This document shows positions 9,616 to 19,389 of a stretch of 41,779 bases of DNA, piece by piece. Position numbers and translations under genes: made by a program. The first letter of the stretch is position 1. Each line of letters begins with the position of its first letter. The stretch comes from a virus (lineage: Duplodnaviria; Caudoviricetes), in the IMG/VR virus record IMGVR_UViG_3300032219_000342, positions 1 to 41,779 of that record; one strand, 5' to 3'. The notes beneath the pieces were generated by a model that did no database searches, was not told the origin of the DNA, and saw only the letters and a program-made list of their open reading frames with translations.

Positions 9616-9933
9616 ATGGCTAAGAAAAAAAATGGAGGCGATCCAATTAAAGGACCAAAAACACTTCCTCAGGTTACAGTAACTGCTTCTAGAATTGTTG
9701 ACAAACCAATAAAGAAACCTATTAATAGAACATTAATGGAGGTTGATCTTCCTAAAGGATATAAAATGTCAATTGATACTACAAATATGAACAAGCCAGA
9801 TCAAAACACCTATAATTATATGGTTAAGGATCCAACTGGAAAAGTTACTAGTAAGGGAAACATAGCTAGTGCCGAAGGTAAGTTTGGAGCTAGACAAGTA
9901 GTTAATAAGTTTAAGGCAAATAAAGGTAAATAA
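9616..9933 (+). CDS. Lys-rich basic small protein
   Basis: 105 aa, K/G/P-rich termini, A-rich start context. Confidence 0.7.
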   Translation: MAKKKNGGDPIKGPKTLPQVTVTASRIVDKPIKKPINRTLMEVDLPKGYKMSIDTTNMNKPDQNTYNYMVKDPTGKVTSKGNIASAEGKFGARQVVNKFKANKGK

Positions 9934-9945
9934 ATATAAAAAGAT

Positions 9946-10350
9946 ATGGCTATTGGAAAAGGACCTGGTCCTAAGAAAAAAGATCAACCAAAATCAAAAA
10001 TTGGAGGTGGAATTGGTAAAACAATCGCCGCTCCAGGATACAAAATGGCTATTACTCCTAAAAAGGGTGGTTCAAGCGATCAACTTGTAAGTGTCGGAAA
10101 ATTTTCAAACAATGTACAAAGCGGTATATATACTCCTCAACCAGTTGCACCAGCTACTAAAGTTGCTGTTGCTCCTGCTAAAAAAGTTGATAAGAGATAT
10201 GGAAAAGGATTGACTGCTACTGGCAAGGTATTAAGAAAAGTTAAAGAGGCTGTAGATCCTGGAAATTATTCGTTTAAATTAGGTAAAGGAGGAGGAGGCG
10301 GAGGTAAAACTTGTGCCGCTTATTCCGGTTATCCGAATAGACGTAAATAA
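9946..10350 (+). CDS. Lys/Gly/Pro-rich basic low-complexity protein
   Basis: 134 aa, strongly basic and likely disordered. Confidence 0.7.
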   Translation: MAIGKGPGPKKKDQPKSKIGGGIGKTIAAPGYKMAITPKKGGSSDQLVSVGKFSNNVQSGIYTPQPVAPATKVAVAPAKKVDKRYGKGLTATGKVLRKVKEAVDPGNYSFKLGKGGGGGGKTCAAYSGYPNRRK

Positions 10351-10360
10351 AACAATTACT

Positions 10361-10389
10361 GAGGGGGCAATTGTGGCTCCCTCTATTTT
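10361..10389 (+). terminator. Second terminator-like hairpin, similar in sequence to 9570-9595
   Basis: GAGGGGGC-AATTGTG-GCTCCCTC followed by TATTTT. Confidence 0.65.
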
Positions 10390-10412
10390 AAATTCTAATC
10401 AAATTATATCCA

Positions 10413-11162
10413 ATGAAAAAATCAGCAATAAGTTCTGACAAAGTTTACAAACTTAAGGGAGAGTCTGCTCCTTTATCATTCACTCTACCATCAAGAAATA
10501 CTAGAAGGTATCCACTCCTTTACTTTGATGAAGATAATAATGTTAACAGACCACTAAGGTATGCCATCAATCAGAAGTCCCCATTTGAGGATGAGCAAGA
10601 TGGCAACGCAATTGTAGAGCCAATCGTATTTGAGAATGGCTTCCTATCAGTTCCAAGAAATAATCCTGTACTACAGCAGTTCCTTCACTATCACCCACTT
10701 AATGGGATCTCATTTATGCAGGTTGACTATGAGAGGGATGCGGCTAAGGAAGTAGAGCAACTTACATCTGAGGTAGATGCATTGATTGAAGCACGTTCAC
10801 TTAGTGTTGATCAGCTTGAAACGATTGCTAGAGTATTGTTTAGCAAAGATCCAAACAAGTTCACAACATCTGAGCTTAAGCGTGACATCTTAATTTACGC
10901 AAAGAGAGATCCAAAGGGATTCTTAAATATCCTACATGATCCAATGCTGAAACTTCAGTCAAATATCCACGTATTCTTTGAGAATAAGTTATTGACATTT
11001 AGAAATAACAACAAGGAAGTGTGGTTTAATACCCCTTCAGTAAAGAAAAAAATGCTTACTGTCTCCTATGGTGATGACCCATACTTTGCAGTATCTCAAT
11101 ATTTAAAGACAGATGATGGCATTGATGCTTTGAAAATGCTAGAAAATAATTTAGATTTGTAA
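10413..11162 (+). CDS. Hypothetical protein of the head/morphogenesis module
   Basis: 249 aa, clean ORF between terminators. No motif recognised. Confidence 0.8.
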   Translation: MKKSAISSDKVYKLKGESAPLSFTLPSRNTRRYPLLYFDEDNNVNRPLRYAINQKSPFEDEQDGNAIVEPIVFENGFLSVPRNNPVLQQFLHYHPLNGISFMQVDYERDAAKEVEQLTSEVDALIEARSLSVDQLETIARVLFSKDPNKFTTSELKRDILIYAKRDPKGFLNILHDPMLKLQSNIHVFFENKLLTFRNNNKEVWFNTPSVKKKMLTVSYGDDPYFAVSQYLKTDDGIDALKMLENNLDL

Positions 11163-11192
11163 TCATAGTTTTTTGGGTTTAAGTTTAAAAAT

Positions 11193-11221
11193 GGGGGTGT
11201 AATAACACCCTCTTTTTTTTT
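11193..11221 (+). terminator. Rho-independent terminator
   Basis: GGGGGTGT-AATA-ACACCCTC followed by a long T run. Confidence 0.8.
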
Positions 11222-11224
11222 GTT

Positions 11225-11232
11225 TATATTTG
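11225..11232 (+). promoter_or_regulatory. Bacteroidota -7 promoter box for the tail operon
   Basis: TATATTTG directly after the terminator and 13 nt before ATG 11246. No clear -33 box. Confidence 0.6.
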
Positions 11233-11245
11233 TAAAAAGACTAGA

Positions 11246-11989
11246 ATGATCAACTCAGTTCGAAATACCGTATTGGCAATTCTCAATAAGAATAATTACG
11301 GATACATCTCCCCATCTGACTTCAACCTGTTTGCCAAACAGGCTCAGCTAGAAATATTTGAAGAGTACTTTTCTGAGTATAATACTACTATTAACAAAGA
11401 GAATGCTCGTATTTCTGGCACTGACTACGCAGATATAAATAAAGCATTAGCTGAAGCTATTGAGTTATTCTCTACAACATCTACACTCACTCAGGTGGCT
11501 GCGGCTACAAATAGATTCTACCTGCCATCAGTAACAACCACTGGCTTTGATTACTATATGCTCAACAAGGTTCTTTGCTATGATGCATCTGGTGCTACTA
11601 GAGTATTTAAGGGTGAGGCAGAGAAGGTAACACATGGTAAGATTACTATGTTGATTACCTCTAATTTGACTACTCCTACCGAAACATATCCAGCTTATAC
11701 TCAACAGGGAAGTATACTAACAGTATTCCCTACCACTATTAATTTAGCGAATGAGGTTGATGCTGTTTACTTTAGATACCCAAAGGACCCGAAGTGGACG
11801 TTTACTACACTAACGAATGGTGAACCTGTGTTCAATCAGTCGGCTGGTTTAGGATACCAAGACTTTGAGGTTCCTATTGAGGATGAAATAAAATTAGTAT
11901 CAAAAATTCTTCAGTATGCTGGGATGTCTATACGTGAGATTCAGGCAGTTCAATTCGGTGCTGGTGAAGAACAAAAACAATCTGTATAA
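11246..11989 (+). CDS. Head-tail adaptor / tail ring protein
   Basis: N-terminal helix pair (FNLFAKQAQLEIF), beta core (VYFRYPKDPKW) and C-terminal helix, a layout typical of podoviral ring proteins. Confidence 0.65.
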   Translation: MINSVRNTVLAILNKNNYGYISPSDFNLFAKQAQLEIFEEYFSEYNTTINKENARISGTDYADINKALAEAIELFSTTSTLTQVAAATNRFYLPSVTTTGFDYYMLNKVLCYDASGATRVFKGEAEKVTHGKITMLITSNLTTPTETYPAYTQQGSILTVFPTTINLANEVDAVYFRYPKDPKWTFTTLTNGEPVFNQSAGLGYQDFEVPIEDEIKLVSKILQYAGMSIREIQAVQFGAGEEQKQSV

Positions 11990-11991
11990 TC

Positions 11992-12915
11992 ATGGCATAC
12001 ATTACTCAAGAGAAGTACTACGAAAATAATGGAGTAGCTCCTACAGATGAAAACTGGGGATCATATCAGTATGTTAGTCTACAGGATGTTGTAAACAACT
12101 TCTTGTTGATGTACTCTGGGAATCACTCATTGATAAATAATGAGGAGAGATACAAGGTCCTGTTCCATGCCAAGAGGGCTATACAGGAACTTAACTATGA
12201 TGCATTCAAGCAGATAAAAGTATTGCAACTAACTGTTAATGATACACTTAAGTATATTCTACCATCTGATTATGTCAACTGGGTTAGAGTAAACTTATAT
12301 AGAGATGGGTACCTAAGACCATTGACTGAGAACATCCAAGTACTTTCTGCTAAGGCATACTTGCAGGACAATACCGGTAAGATATTGTTTGACAATCAAG
12401 GTAATGCCTTGTCTCCTGAGTTCTCTGAGATTGATTTGCAGAGATTAGAGGGTGTTAAGAAGAACATTTACTTGAACACTAATAGTCCATACAATGGACA
12501 AGAGGGATGGAACATAGATGGTGAGTGGTATTTTGATTACAGCATTGGCGCAAGCTTCGGGCTTAATACTGAGACTGCTAACTTCAATCCTACATTCAAT
12601 ATAGATGCAAAGAGTGGTGTCATTAACTTTAACTCAGACATGTACGGTGAGTCAGTTGTACTAGAGTACGTATGTGATGGCATGGAAAATGGGGATGACT
12701 CAAGAGTAAGCGTTAATAAATTGTTTGAAAAGTTTATTTATGCGTACATTACGTATGAAATACTGAACTCTAAGCTTGGAGTACAAGAATATATTGTGGC
12801 TCGTGCAAGGAAAGAGAAGACTGCTCTTATGAGGAATTCCAAAATAAGAATGAGTAACATCCACCCAGGCAGACTATTGATGAATCTACGTGGCATGGAC
12901 AAGTGGTTGAAATAA
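11992..12915 (+). CDS. Second tail ring / tubular protein
   Basis: AKRAIQELNYD...LPSDYVNWVRV...VVLEYVCDG, an LPxDY motif typical of ring proteins. Precedes the nozzle. Confidence 0.65.
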   Translation: MAYITQEKYYENNGVAPTDENWGSYQYVSLQDVVNNFLLMYSGNHSLINNEERYKVLFHAKRAIQELNYDAFKQIKVLQLTVNDTLKYILPSDYVNWVRVNLYRDGYLRPLTENIQVLSAKAYLQDNTGKILFDNQGNALSPEFSEIDLQRLEGVKKNIYLNTNSPYNGQEGWNIDGEWYFDYSIGASFGLNTETANFNPTFNIDAKSGVINFNSDMYGESVVLEYVCDGMENGDDSRVSVNKLFEKFIYAYITYEILNSKLGVQEYIVARARKEKTALMRNSKIRMSNIHPGRLLMNLRGMDKWLK

Positions 12916-12916
12916 T

Positions 12917-15900
12917 ATGGCAAATATTACAAGAAACTTCATAGCTGGTAGAATGAATAAAGTCGTTGATGAACGACTCATTCCTGATGGGGAGTATATC
13001 GATGCGCTCAATGTTCGCATGGGTTCTACAGAGAACTCTGAGATTGGTGTCATTGAAAATACTAAGGGCAACAGCAAGCTTACTACAATTAAGTATGTGA
13101 ATGGAACAGCACTTAGCTCTTCAGCTAGATGTATTGGCACTATAGCCGATAACACAAGTGAGACTATATACTGGTTTATTCATGACTCCAACTTCCCAGT
13201 AGGTGCTACAGGTAAGCTTGATATGATTGTGTCCTTCAATGTGTACAACAACATATTGACCTACCACTTGATTAGTATCAATGATGGGGGTGGTGATAAT
13301 ACTACTCTAAATTTTGATCCCGGATATCTTATTACTGGGGTAAGCATCATTGATGATTTAATATTCTTTACTGATGACTATAACCCCCCAAGGGTAATAA
13401 ACAGATTTAAGAACTATGCTGATCCTGTGGGTAATTTAGACCAGTTTAGTGCTGAGTCTATTCTTGTGATTAAGAAGCCACCTGTTGAGTCTCCTGGCGT
13501 TACGTTAATAAACACAGGTGATGAGAGTAACTTCCTAGAGAACAGGTACATATGCTTTGCATATCGATATCTGTATGAGGATGGAGAGTACTCCGCCACA
13601 TCTCAGTGGTCTGCTCCTGCGTTTCAACCTAAGCAGTTTAGCTTTAGCATTAACAGCTATCTAAATGATGGGATGCAGAACCAGTTTAATGCTGCTAGAG
13701 TAACGTACAATACAGGTGGTCCACTAGTGGTTGGCATTGACTTATTGTTTAAAGAAGCCAATAGCAATGTTATTAAGGTTATTGAGAAGCTTAACAAGGC
13801 TGATCTTGGATTTACAAATAACACTAACCTTACATATACATTTACTAACAGCAAGATATTTACTATCCTGCCTGATAGTGAGCTACTTAGATTGTACGAC
13901 AACGTACCATTGCTGGCTAAGGCTCAGACCATCATGGGCAACAGGCTCATGTATGGAAACTATGTTGAGGGATATGACATGGTTGACATTACTGGCAACC
14001 CAATAAATCTTCAGTACTCTGCTAACTTAATATCTGAGGAAATAGATAACGCTGAGATAACAAATTCACTTGGCTCAGGAACCTATAATTTTGGACCTCC
14101 TGAGACTATCCCAGGGTCGGTAGTATACTTAGACCTTTCGCCATTTGAACTCATCCCAGGGGCCTCTATTACATTGGATGTAACCATTGATCATGAAGGG
14201 TTTGCAGGTGATACTCCATTTCCTACAGAGACCACTGATAGCGTATCTCTTAACTTCTCTTTTGTATTACCTAGATCATACTCATCAGTATATGAACTTG
14301 CAAGTAGCGTTGAGTTTCAAGATGCTATAGGGCAAACACCATTATCTATAGTAAATTCTTGTGATGGTACAACATTTACAGACCAGTTTAACTGTGCTCT
14401 GCCTTTTGACTTAACCGGAACTCCTACTGTTTTTAAATATCAAAGTGGTATTGGATCAGCTGGTCAGGGATTAGGGATAATTACATCACCAGCTAGTCAA
14501 TTAATTGGTCTTCAGTTGCTTACAATGCGGTATGTAAATAATACTACTACACCTACATTTAGCGTGTATGAGTACTATGAGTATACTTATGTTAATGCAT
14601 TCTATCAGAAGATAAATACTTCTAGAAGCTTGCATAGCAACAGAGGGTATGAGATTGGAATTGTTTATATGGATGACTTTAACAGATCAACAACTGCTTT
14701 AGTTAGTCCAAACAATACGGTTCATGTACCATGTTCAGCATCTGATTTAAAGAACTCTATACAGGTAACTATACCTATTACTCAGAATGTTCCTTACTGG
14801 GCTACACGATATAAGTTTGTCATTAAGCCTGATGAAGAAAACTATGATATAATATATAGTAGCATATTCTTCAATGATCCTCTAACTAATAATGTGTTCT
14901 TCTTACTTGAAGGTGAGAATGCTAGAAAGGTACAGGTTGGAGATAGACTTATAGTTAAGGCCGATACAAATGGCCCTACAAATACTTGCATATATACCAC
15001 TGTGCTTGAGAAAGAATCTCAGGCATCAGGATTTATTGAGATCCCTAGTGAATTAGATCCAGCAGTAGATATTCCTGTTCCCGCTGGTGTATATATAAAG
15101 ATTAATCCAAACAACTTCTCTGTAGTTAAGGACCAGTCATCAATAATAGCTCCTGGGACAATTCAGGTAGATGAGAATAATGCAGGGGAATATCCTATAC
15201 TACAGTATTCAATGAATTCAGAGCGTGTGGTTGGATATGATCTTAGTAACCCTACATGGGTTTATGAGGATTATAGTGTTCCTGCTGGTAGTAGAATAAA
15301 GATAAATCTCAAGTTCCAAAGACTTGGACCTGGTGCTGGCAATGGAGATTGTGAAAGAAGAATCTATACTTTAGAGAAAACTATGATAGCTTCAGCTAAC
15401 TATGATAGCATGGTTGATTGGTTTGATGGAGATAATGTTCAGGTTGTTCTTAACGAAGGCATTTCAGAAATAGGTGGAGATGGATGTGTGATTAATAATG
15501 ATTACATATCTTCAGTCTATAATTATACTACAGGACCAGTAACAAATGCTATTTCTAATCCTGAAATATGTACTAATAAGTATCGATTCGCTAGAAATAC
15601 AATCACTAATGAGTTGTCACTCGTTATGTCTGGTACAGTTCGTTGTACTGGAGTGGCTGAAAGACAGAAGAGAAGATCTACTATTATTGCTACGTTTGAA
15701 GTATTTCGTGCGGATACTACAATTATATTTGAGACAGAACCATCTGATGCTTTGCCTGATGTATTCTTTGAAAATGAATTATCCCTCCCAATTGTAAATG
15801 GATACCACGGAGGTAATGTTCAAAATCAAACAGCTTCATTACCAGCAATCATTGATACTCAGTTCTTTAACTGCTTTGCATTTGGTAACGGAGCGGAGAG

Positions 15901-17341
15901 TTATAAGATTCTTGACTCAATTATTGGCAGGACATTCTCACTAGGGAATAGAGTAACTGCTGTATCAGCACAGGATTACAGAAGAGTAAGGAGATTTGCA
16001 GACATGACATATAGTGGTGTCTATAACTTTGAGAACAATGTAAATAAGTTGAACGAGTTTAACCTTGGTCTACTTAACTACAAGTACCTTGAGGTAGCAT
16101 TTGGCCCTATTTTTATACTAGATGGTCGTGAGACAGATGTGCTTGTATTACAGGAAGATAAGATATCATATGTCCTTGCTAGTAAGAATTTAATTTCTGA
16201 CTCAGCAGGAGGCGGTGCTATTTCATCTGTTCCTGAGATACTTGGTACTCAGATAGCTAGACAAGAAGAGTTTGGAATTAGCTTTCACCCAGAGAGTTAT
16301 GTGCAGTGGGGATCTGATAGATTCTTTACAGATGTAAAGCGTGGTGCTGTAATTCAGTTGAGAGGCAATGACCTTGCTGTAATCTCTGAGATGGGCATGA
16401 GGACTTGGTTTAGAGATGAGTTTATTGAGTCATTTAATACTCAGAAGCTAGGTGGTTACGATCCGTATCTAAATGAATACGTGCTAAGCACTAACTCTCA
16501 GGAGCTTCCAAGACCTTTTGACTGCCTTGCCTGTGGTATTGCTCAGACATTTACTATACCTGATGGTGATACATTTACTTACTGCGTTGATCTAGATCAG
16601 CCAGTTGGACTTACAACAGTAACTTATAGTGTTCCTGCTGGATCTACTGCATCGTTTACTATATCAGTAACTTATAATGGTGTTACTCAAACCTCAGGGG
16701 CTGTAACTACATCAGGAAGCCTACAGTTTAATAAGAATTCTAACACTGTAAATGTTGCTACTGTAGTAATAGTTGCTAGTGATCCACTTGAGATAACTGT
16801 GACACCTAGCTGTCCTGTTCAGGAGTCGCTTACTATTGTAAGTGTAACTCTTACTAGTGTAGTTGATGCAGGCAAGTTCATCCACAATCAGTACAGATAT
16901 ACTCAAGGAACTTTTGTGTCACCATTACAGTCAACTCTTGTTACATTTGCTACAGACAATACTAGTCCGGTAGTATCTCAATATGATCAAATTACAGGGG
17001 CAATGGGAGCGGCTGGTATACCAACAGCAGGGTCTAGCTTACAGATTATATCGAATAAGATTAACTTTGATACATTTAATTTTGTATTAGGCCAGGATAA
17101 GTTTAGATATATTCGTAGCAATACGTTATATCCAAATACTTCTGTTGGCATTTCAAACTTACTAGCTGCATCTTCACTGGTATCACCAATAACAGGAGGG
17201 TCTGGATTATTCTCAGGTTCTTTTATTGTACCTAGTAGTGGACAATATCTTTATTTGATTTGGGATTATAGAAATTCATTATCTCTAAATCTTTGCTACT
17301 CTAATACAACTACTCTAGACGCATGCTGCGGCTGCGCATAA
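12917..17341 (+). CDS. Tail nozzle/stabilisation (muzzle-like) protein, N-terminal and main part
   Basis: Starts NFIAGRMNKVVDERLIPDGEYIDALNVR. Contains FAYRYLYEDGEYSATS, GNRLMYGNY, GISFHPES and FFTDVKRGAV; beta-rich. Confidence 0.8.
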   Translation: MANITRNFIAGRMNKVVDERLIPDGEYIDALNVRMGSTENSEIGVIENTKGNSKLTTIKYVNGTALSSSARCIGTIADNTSETIYWFIHDSNFPVGATGKLDMIVSFNVYNNILTYHLISINDGGGDNTTLNFDPGYLITGVSIIDDLIFFTDDYNPPRVINRFKNYADPVGNLDQFSAESILVIKKPPVESPGVTLINTGDESNFLENRYICFAYRYLYEDGEYSATSQWSAPAFQPKQFSFSINSYLNDGMQNQFNAARVTYNTGGPLVVGIDLLFKEANSNVIKVIEKLNKADLGFTNNTNLTYTFTNSKIFTILPDSELLRLYDNVPLLAKAQTIMGNRLMYGNYVEGYDMVDITGNPINLQYSANLISEEIDNAEITNSLGSGTYNFGPPETIPGSVVYLDLSPFELIPGASITLDVTIDHEGFAGDTPFPTETTDSVSLNFSFVLPRSYSSVYELASSVEFQDAIGQTPLSIVNSCDGTTFTDQFNCALPFDLTGTPTVFKYQSGIGSAGQGLGIITSPASQLIGLQLLTMRYVNNTTTPTFSVYEYYEYTYVNAFYQKINTSRSLHSNRGYEIGIVYMDDFNRSTTALVSPNNTVHVPCSASDLKNSIQVTIPITQNVPYWATRYKFVIKPDEENYDIIYSSIFFNDPLTNNVFFLLEGENARKVQVGDRLIVKADTNGPTNTCIYTTVLEKESQASGFIEIPSELDPAVDIPVPAGVYIKINPNNFSVVKDQSSIIAPGTIQVDENNAGEYPILQYSMNSERVVGYDLSNPTWVYEDYSVPAGSRIKINLKFQRLGPGAGNGDCERRIYTLEKTMIASANYDSMVDWFDGDNVQVVLNEGISEIGGDGCVINNDYISSVYNYTTGPVTNAISNPEICTNKYRFARNTITNELSLVMSGTVRCTGVAERQKRRSTIIATFEVFRADTTIIFETEPSDALPDVFFENELSLPIVNGYHGGNVQNQTASLPAIIDTQFFNCFAFGNGAESYKILDSIIGRTFSLGNRVTAVSAQDYRRVRRFADMTYSGVYNFENNVNKLNEFNLGLLNYKYLEVAFGPIFILDGRETDVLVLQEDKISYVLASKNLISDSAGGGAISSVPEILGTQIARQEEFGISFHPESYVQWGSDRFFTDVKRGAVIQLRGNDLAVISEMGMRTWFRDEFIESFNTQKLGGYDPYLNEYVLSTNSQELPRPFDCLACGIAQTFTIPDGDTFTYCVDLDQPVGLTTVTYSVPAGSTASFTISVTYNGVTQTSGAVTTSGSLQFNKNSNTVNVATVVIVASDPLEITVTPSCPVQESLTIVSVTLTSVVDAGKFIHNQYRYTQGTFVSPLQSTLVTFATDNTSPVVSQYDQITGAMGAAGIPTAGSSLQIISNKINFDTFNFVLGQDKFRYIRSNTLYPNTSVGISNLLAASSLVSPITGGSGLFSGSFIVPSSGQYLYLIWDYRNSLSLNLCYSNTTTLDACCGCA

Positions 17342-17351
17342 ATAATTTAAT

Positions 17352-18569
17352 ATGGCAACATCAGGAACATTTTATTTAGATGCACCATCACTTAGTACTG
17401 CTACGGTGGTATACTCAAATGCTGCGTTAACAACTGTAGCTGCTAATGGATTTTACTCTGATGGATCTATTGTGAGACAGCAAGCATCAGGAGCATTGTT
17501 GCCTCAACAATCTTGCCCTGCATGTGCAGTTGCATGTGGAGGAACTATAAGTGCCAATGGTACACAGGGTGTATATTATTTAAATACAAATCTTGGTAGT
17601 CCTACTGGAGCAATAATTGTTAGGTTTAATCCTACATCTGTGCCTGAGGGAATTAAAGCTGTTTATAATAGTATTGTTTATAATGGATTGTCATCCCCAT
17701 CATTTGGATGGAGGCAAGGTACGGCAGGATTGTCTACTTATCTTGGGTCATTAGCTGATGCTTGTAGTAGTGGTATAGTTGCAGGTTCTCCTTATACACT
17801 TAATAAATTCCAATATAACGGAACAACATTTGCTCCATTAGGAACTACAGAATCTGTAACTATAGCCGCAGGTCAGATGCAACTTACTGCTTCAGCTCCA
17901 GGCAATAGCGTAATGGTTATACCTAAGACAGCGGCATCTCCATCTATTCTAAACCTTACATTTGTTGGGCCCTGTACTGGTGCTGTATTTAGCATTTCAG
18001 TATCATGTCCAGCTGCTCTCCCATCATTCGCTTCTAGCACAGTGAATGGTAGTACTGCATTGGCATGTGCTGACGCTATTGATCAGACATACTACGTTGC
18101 TTATGTTAATGGGGGTGCTGGTGTTCTGGGGTTATATGACTTAGTATTTAGTGATGCTAATGGACAGTTTAAACTTGCGGCAGGATACTATAAGACCACT
18201 GCTGCTGGAGCAAACAACTGGTTTCAAGTGGATGCTAATGGTGTTATTATTGCATTCGGTAGTTGTACATCTAATCAATTCATAGTATATTTTGATTCGA
18301 CTACAAGTCCTAATACTTACGGATGGGGAAGTTCTGCTGCTGCTTGTGCAGGGACTGGTACACCTTTAACAGTGTACATTACTGGAACAGCATCTTCTTT
18401 ATTTGAGGCGGTAGTAACATTGGGTAAAGTACTATACACAAACGTAGGACTTACCACACCTTTAAATGGCAACAATACACACTATAAGACTGTGTCGGCT
18501 CCTGCTTTAGGAGAGACATTATTAATTGATGCAGTTGGAGTAACTTCAAGTTGGGGAGGACCTTGTTAA
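17352..18569 (+). CDS. Virion protein with repeated small Cys-containing beta domains
   Basis: A/G/S/T-rich 405 aa with three YS/TN/D...(N/A)GxY...C units. Confidence 0.7.
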   Translation: MATSGTFYLDAPSLSTATVVYSNAALTTVAANGFYSDGSIVRQQASGALLPQQSCPACAVACGGTISANGTQGVYYLNTNLGSPTGAIIVRFNPTSVPEGIKAVYNSIVYNGLSSPSFGWRQGTAGLSTYLGSLADACSSGIVAGSPYTLNKFQYNGTTFAPLGTTESVTIAAGQMQLTASAPGNSVMVIPKTAASPSILNLTFVGPCTGAVFSISVSCPAALPSFASSTVNGSTALACADAIDQTYYVAYVNGGAGVLGLYDLVFSDANGQFKLAAGYYKTTAAGANNWFQVDANGVIIAFGSCTSNQFIVYFDSTTSPNTYGWGSSAAACAGTGTPLTVYITGTASSLFEAVVTLGKVLYTNVGLTTPLNGNNTHYKTVSAPALGETLLIDAVGVTSSWGGPC

Positions 18570-18572
18570 ACT

Positions 18573-19379
18573 ATGGCAAATTATACACTAACATACAGCG
18601 AATCAGCACAGGGATGGCCATCATTCTATTCCTTTATTCCTGACTACATGGTTGGGATGAACAACTACTTCTATACATTTAAGGGAGGGAACTTGTATCG
18701 TCACAATGTGAATGAGACCAGGAATAACTTCTATGGAACTCAGTACAACTCTACAATACAGAGTGTGTTCAATGTGTCTCCTCTTGAGAATAAGATATTT
18801 AAGACTCTTAATCTAGAGGGTAACTATAGCTGGGCAACTTTAATGGAGACAGACATTCAGACCTCAGGGTTTATTGAGGCTGCTTGGTATGAGAAGAAGG
18901 AGGCATCATGGTTTGCATTTGTAAGGAACGCAGGTACTGTCCCGGCACAGCCATCACAGTATGCGCTTAGATCAGTGAATGGCATTGGTCTAAGTCAGAA
19001 CGTAACAGGATCTGCACCAGCATTAACTGTATCGTTCCCTATTAGTCCAGACCTAACAGAGATTGGAAGCATAGTAAGTGTAGGGGACTACTTATACTAC
19101 AGCTTGCCAGCATCATATTCAACACCGATATTATGTGGTCAGATTACTAGCATTGTAGTGGACTATCCAACGAGTATAAATAGGATAGTTGTGAATGCTT
19201 CAATAGCAGGTGGAGGTATCCCTCCAATAACTACCCCATTCTTTATGTATATTAAGGGCTCCGTAGCGGAGTCACATGGAGTACTTGGTCACTACTGCGT
19301 ATTTACTTTGGAGAACACCAGAGTAGATAAGGTAGAGTTATTTGCAGTTGAGTCAGAAGTAATGAAAAGTTATCCTTAA
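18573..19379 (+). CDS. Probable C-terminal portion of the nozzle protein encoded as a separate gene
   Basis: TLTYSESAQGWPSFYSF...KIFKTLNLEG...KKEASWFA...ELFAVESEV resembles nozzle C-terminal segments as I recall them. Confidence 0.6.
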   Translation: MANYTLTYSESAQGWPSFYSFIPDYMVGMNNYFYTFKGGNLYRHNVNETRNNFYGTQYNSTIQSVFNVSPLENKIFKTLNLEGNYSWATLMETDIQTSGFIEAAWYEKKEASWFAFVRNAGTVPAQPSQYALRSVNGIGLSQNVTGSAPALTVSFPISPDLTEIGSIVSVGDYLYYSLPASYSTPILCGQITSIVVDYPTSINRIVVNASIAGGGIPPITTPFFMYIKGSVAESHGVLGHYCVFTLENTRVDKVELFAVESEVMKSYP

Positions 19380-19384
19380 ATTTG
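19377..19384 (+). promoter_or_regulatory. Bacteroidota -7 box directly before the GNAT gene
   Basis: TAAATTTG overlaps the upstream stop codon and ends 5 nt before ATG 19390. Confidence 0.45.
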
Positions 19385-19389
19385 CATAC

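Noticed and set aside
9622-9650. A_AAA_AAT at the start of the 105-aa basic gene
   Set aside because: No convincing downstream stem, explained by Lys codons, and the -1 frame stops almost at once.
10282-10312. GGGGGGKT resembling a P-loop
   Set aside because: Lies in a low-complexity Gly run at the end of a disordered protein with no NTPase context.
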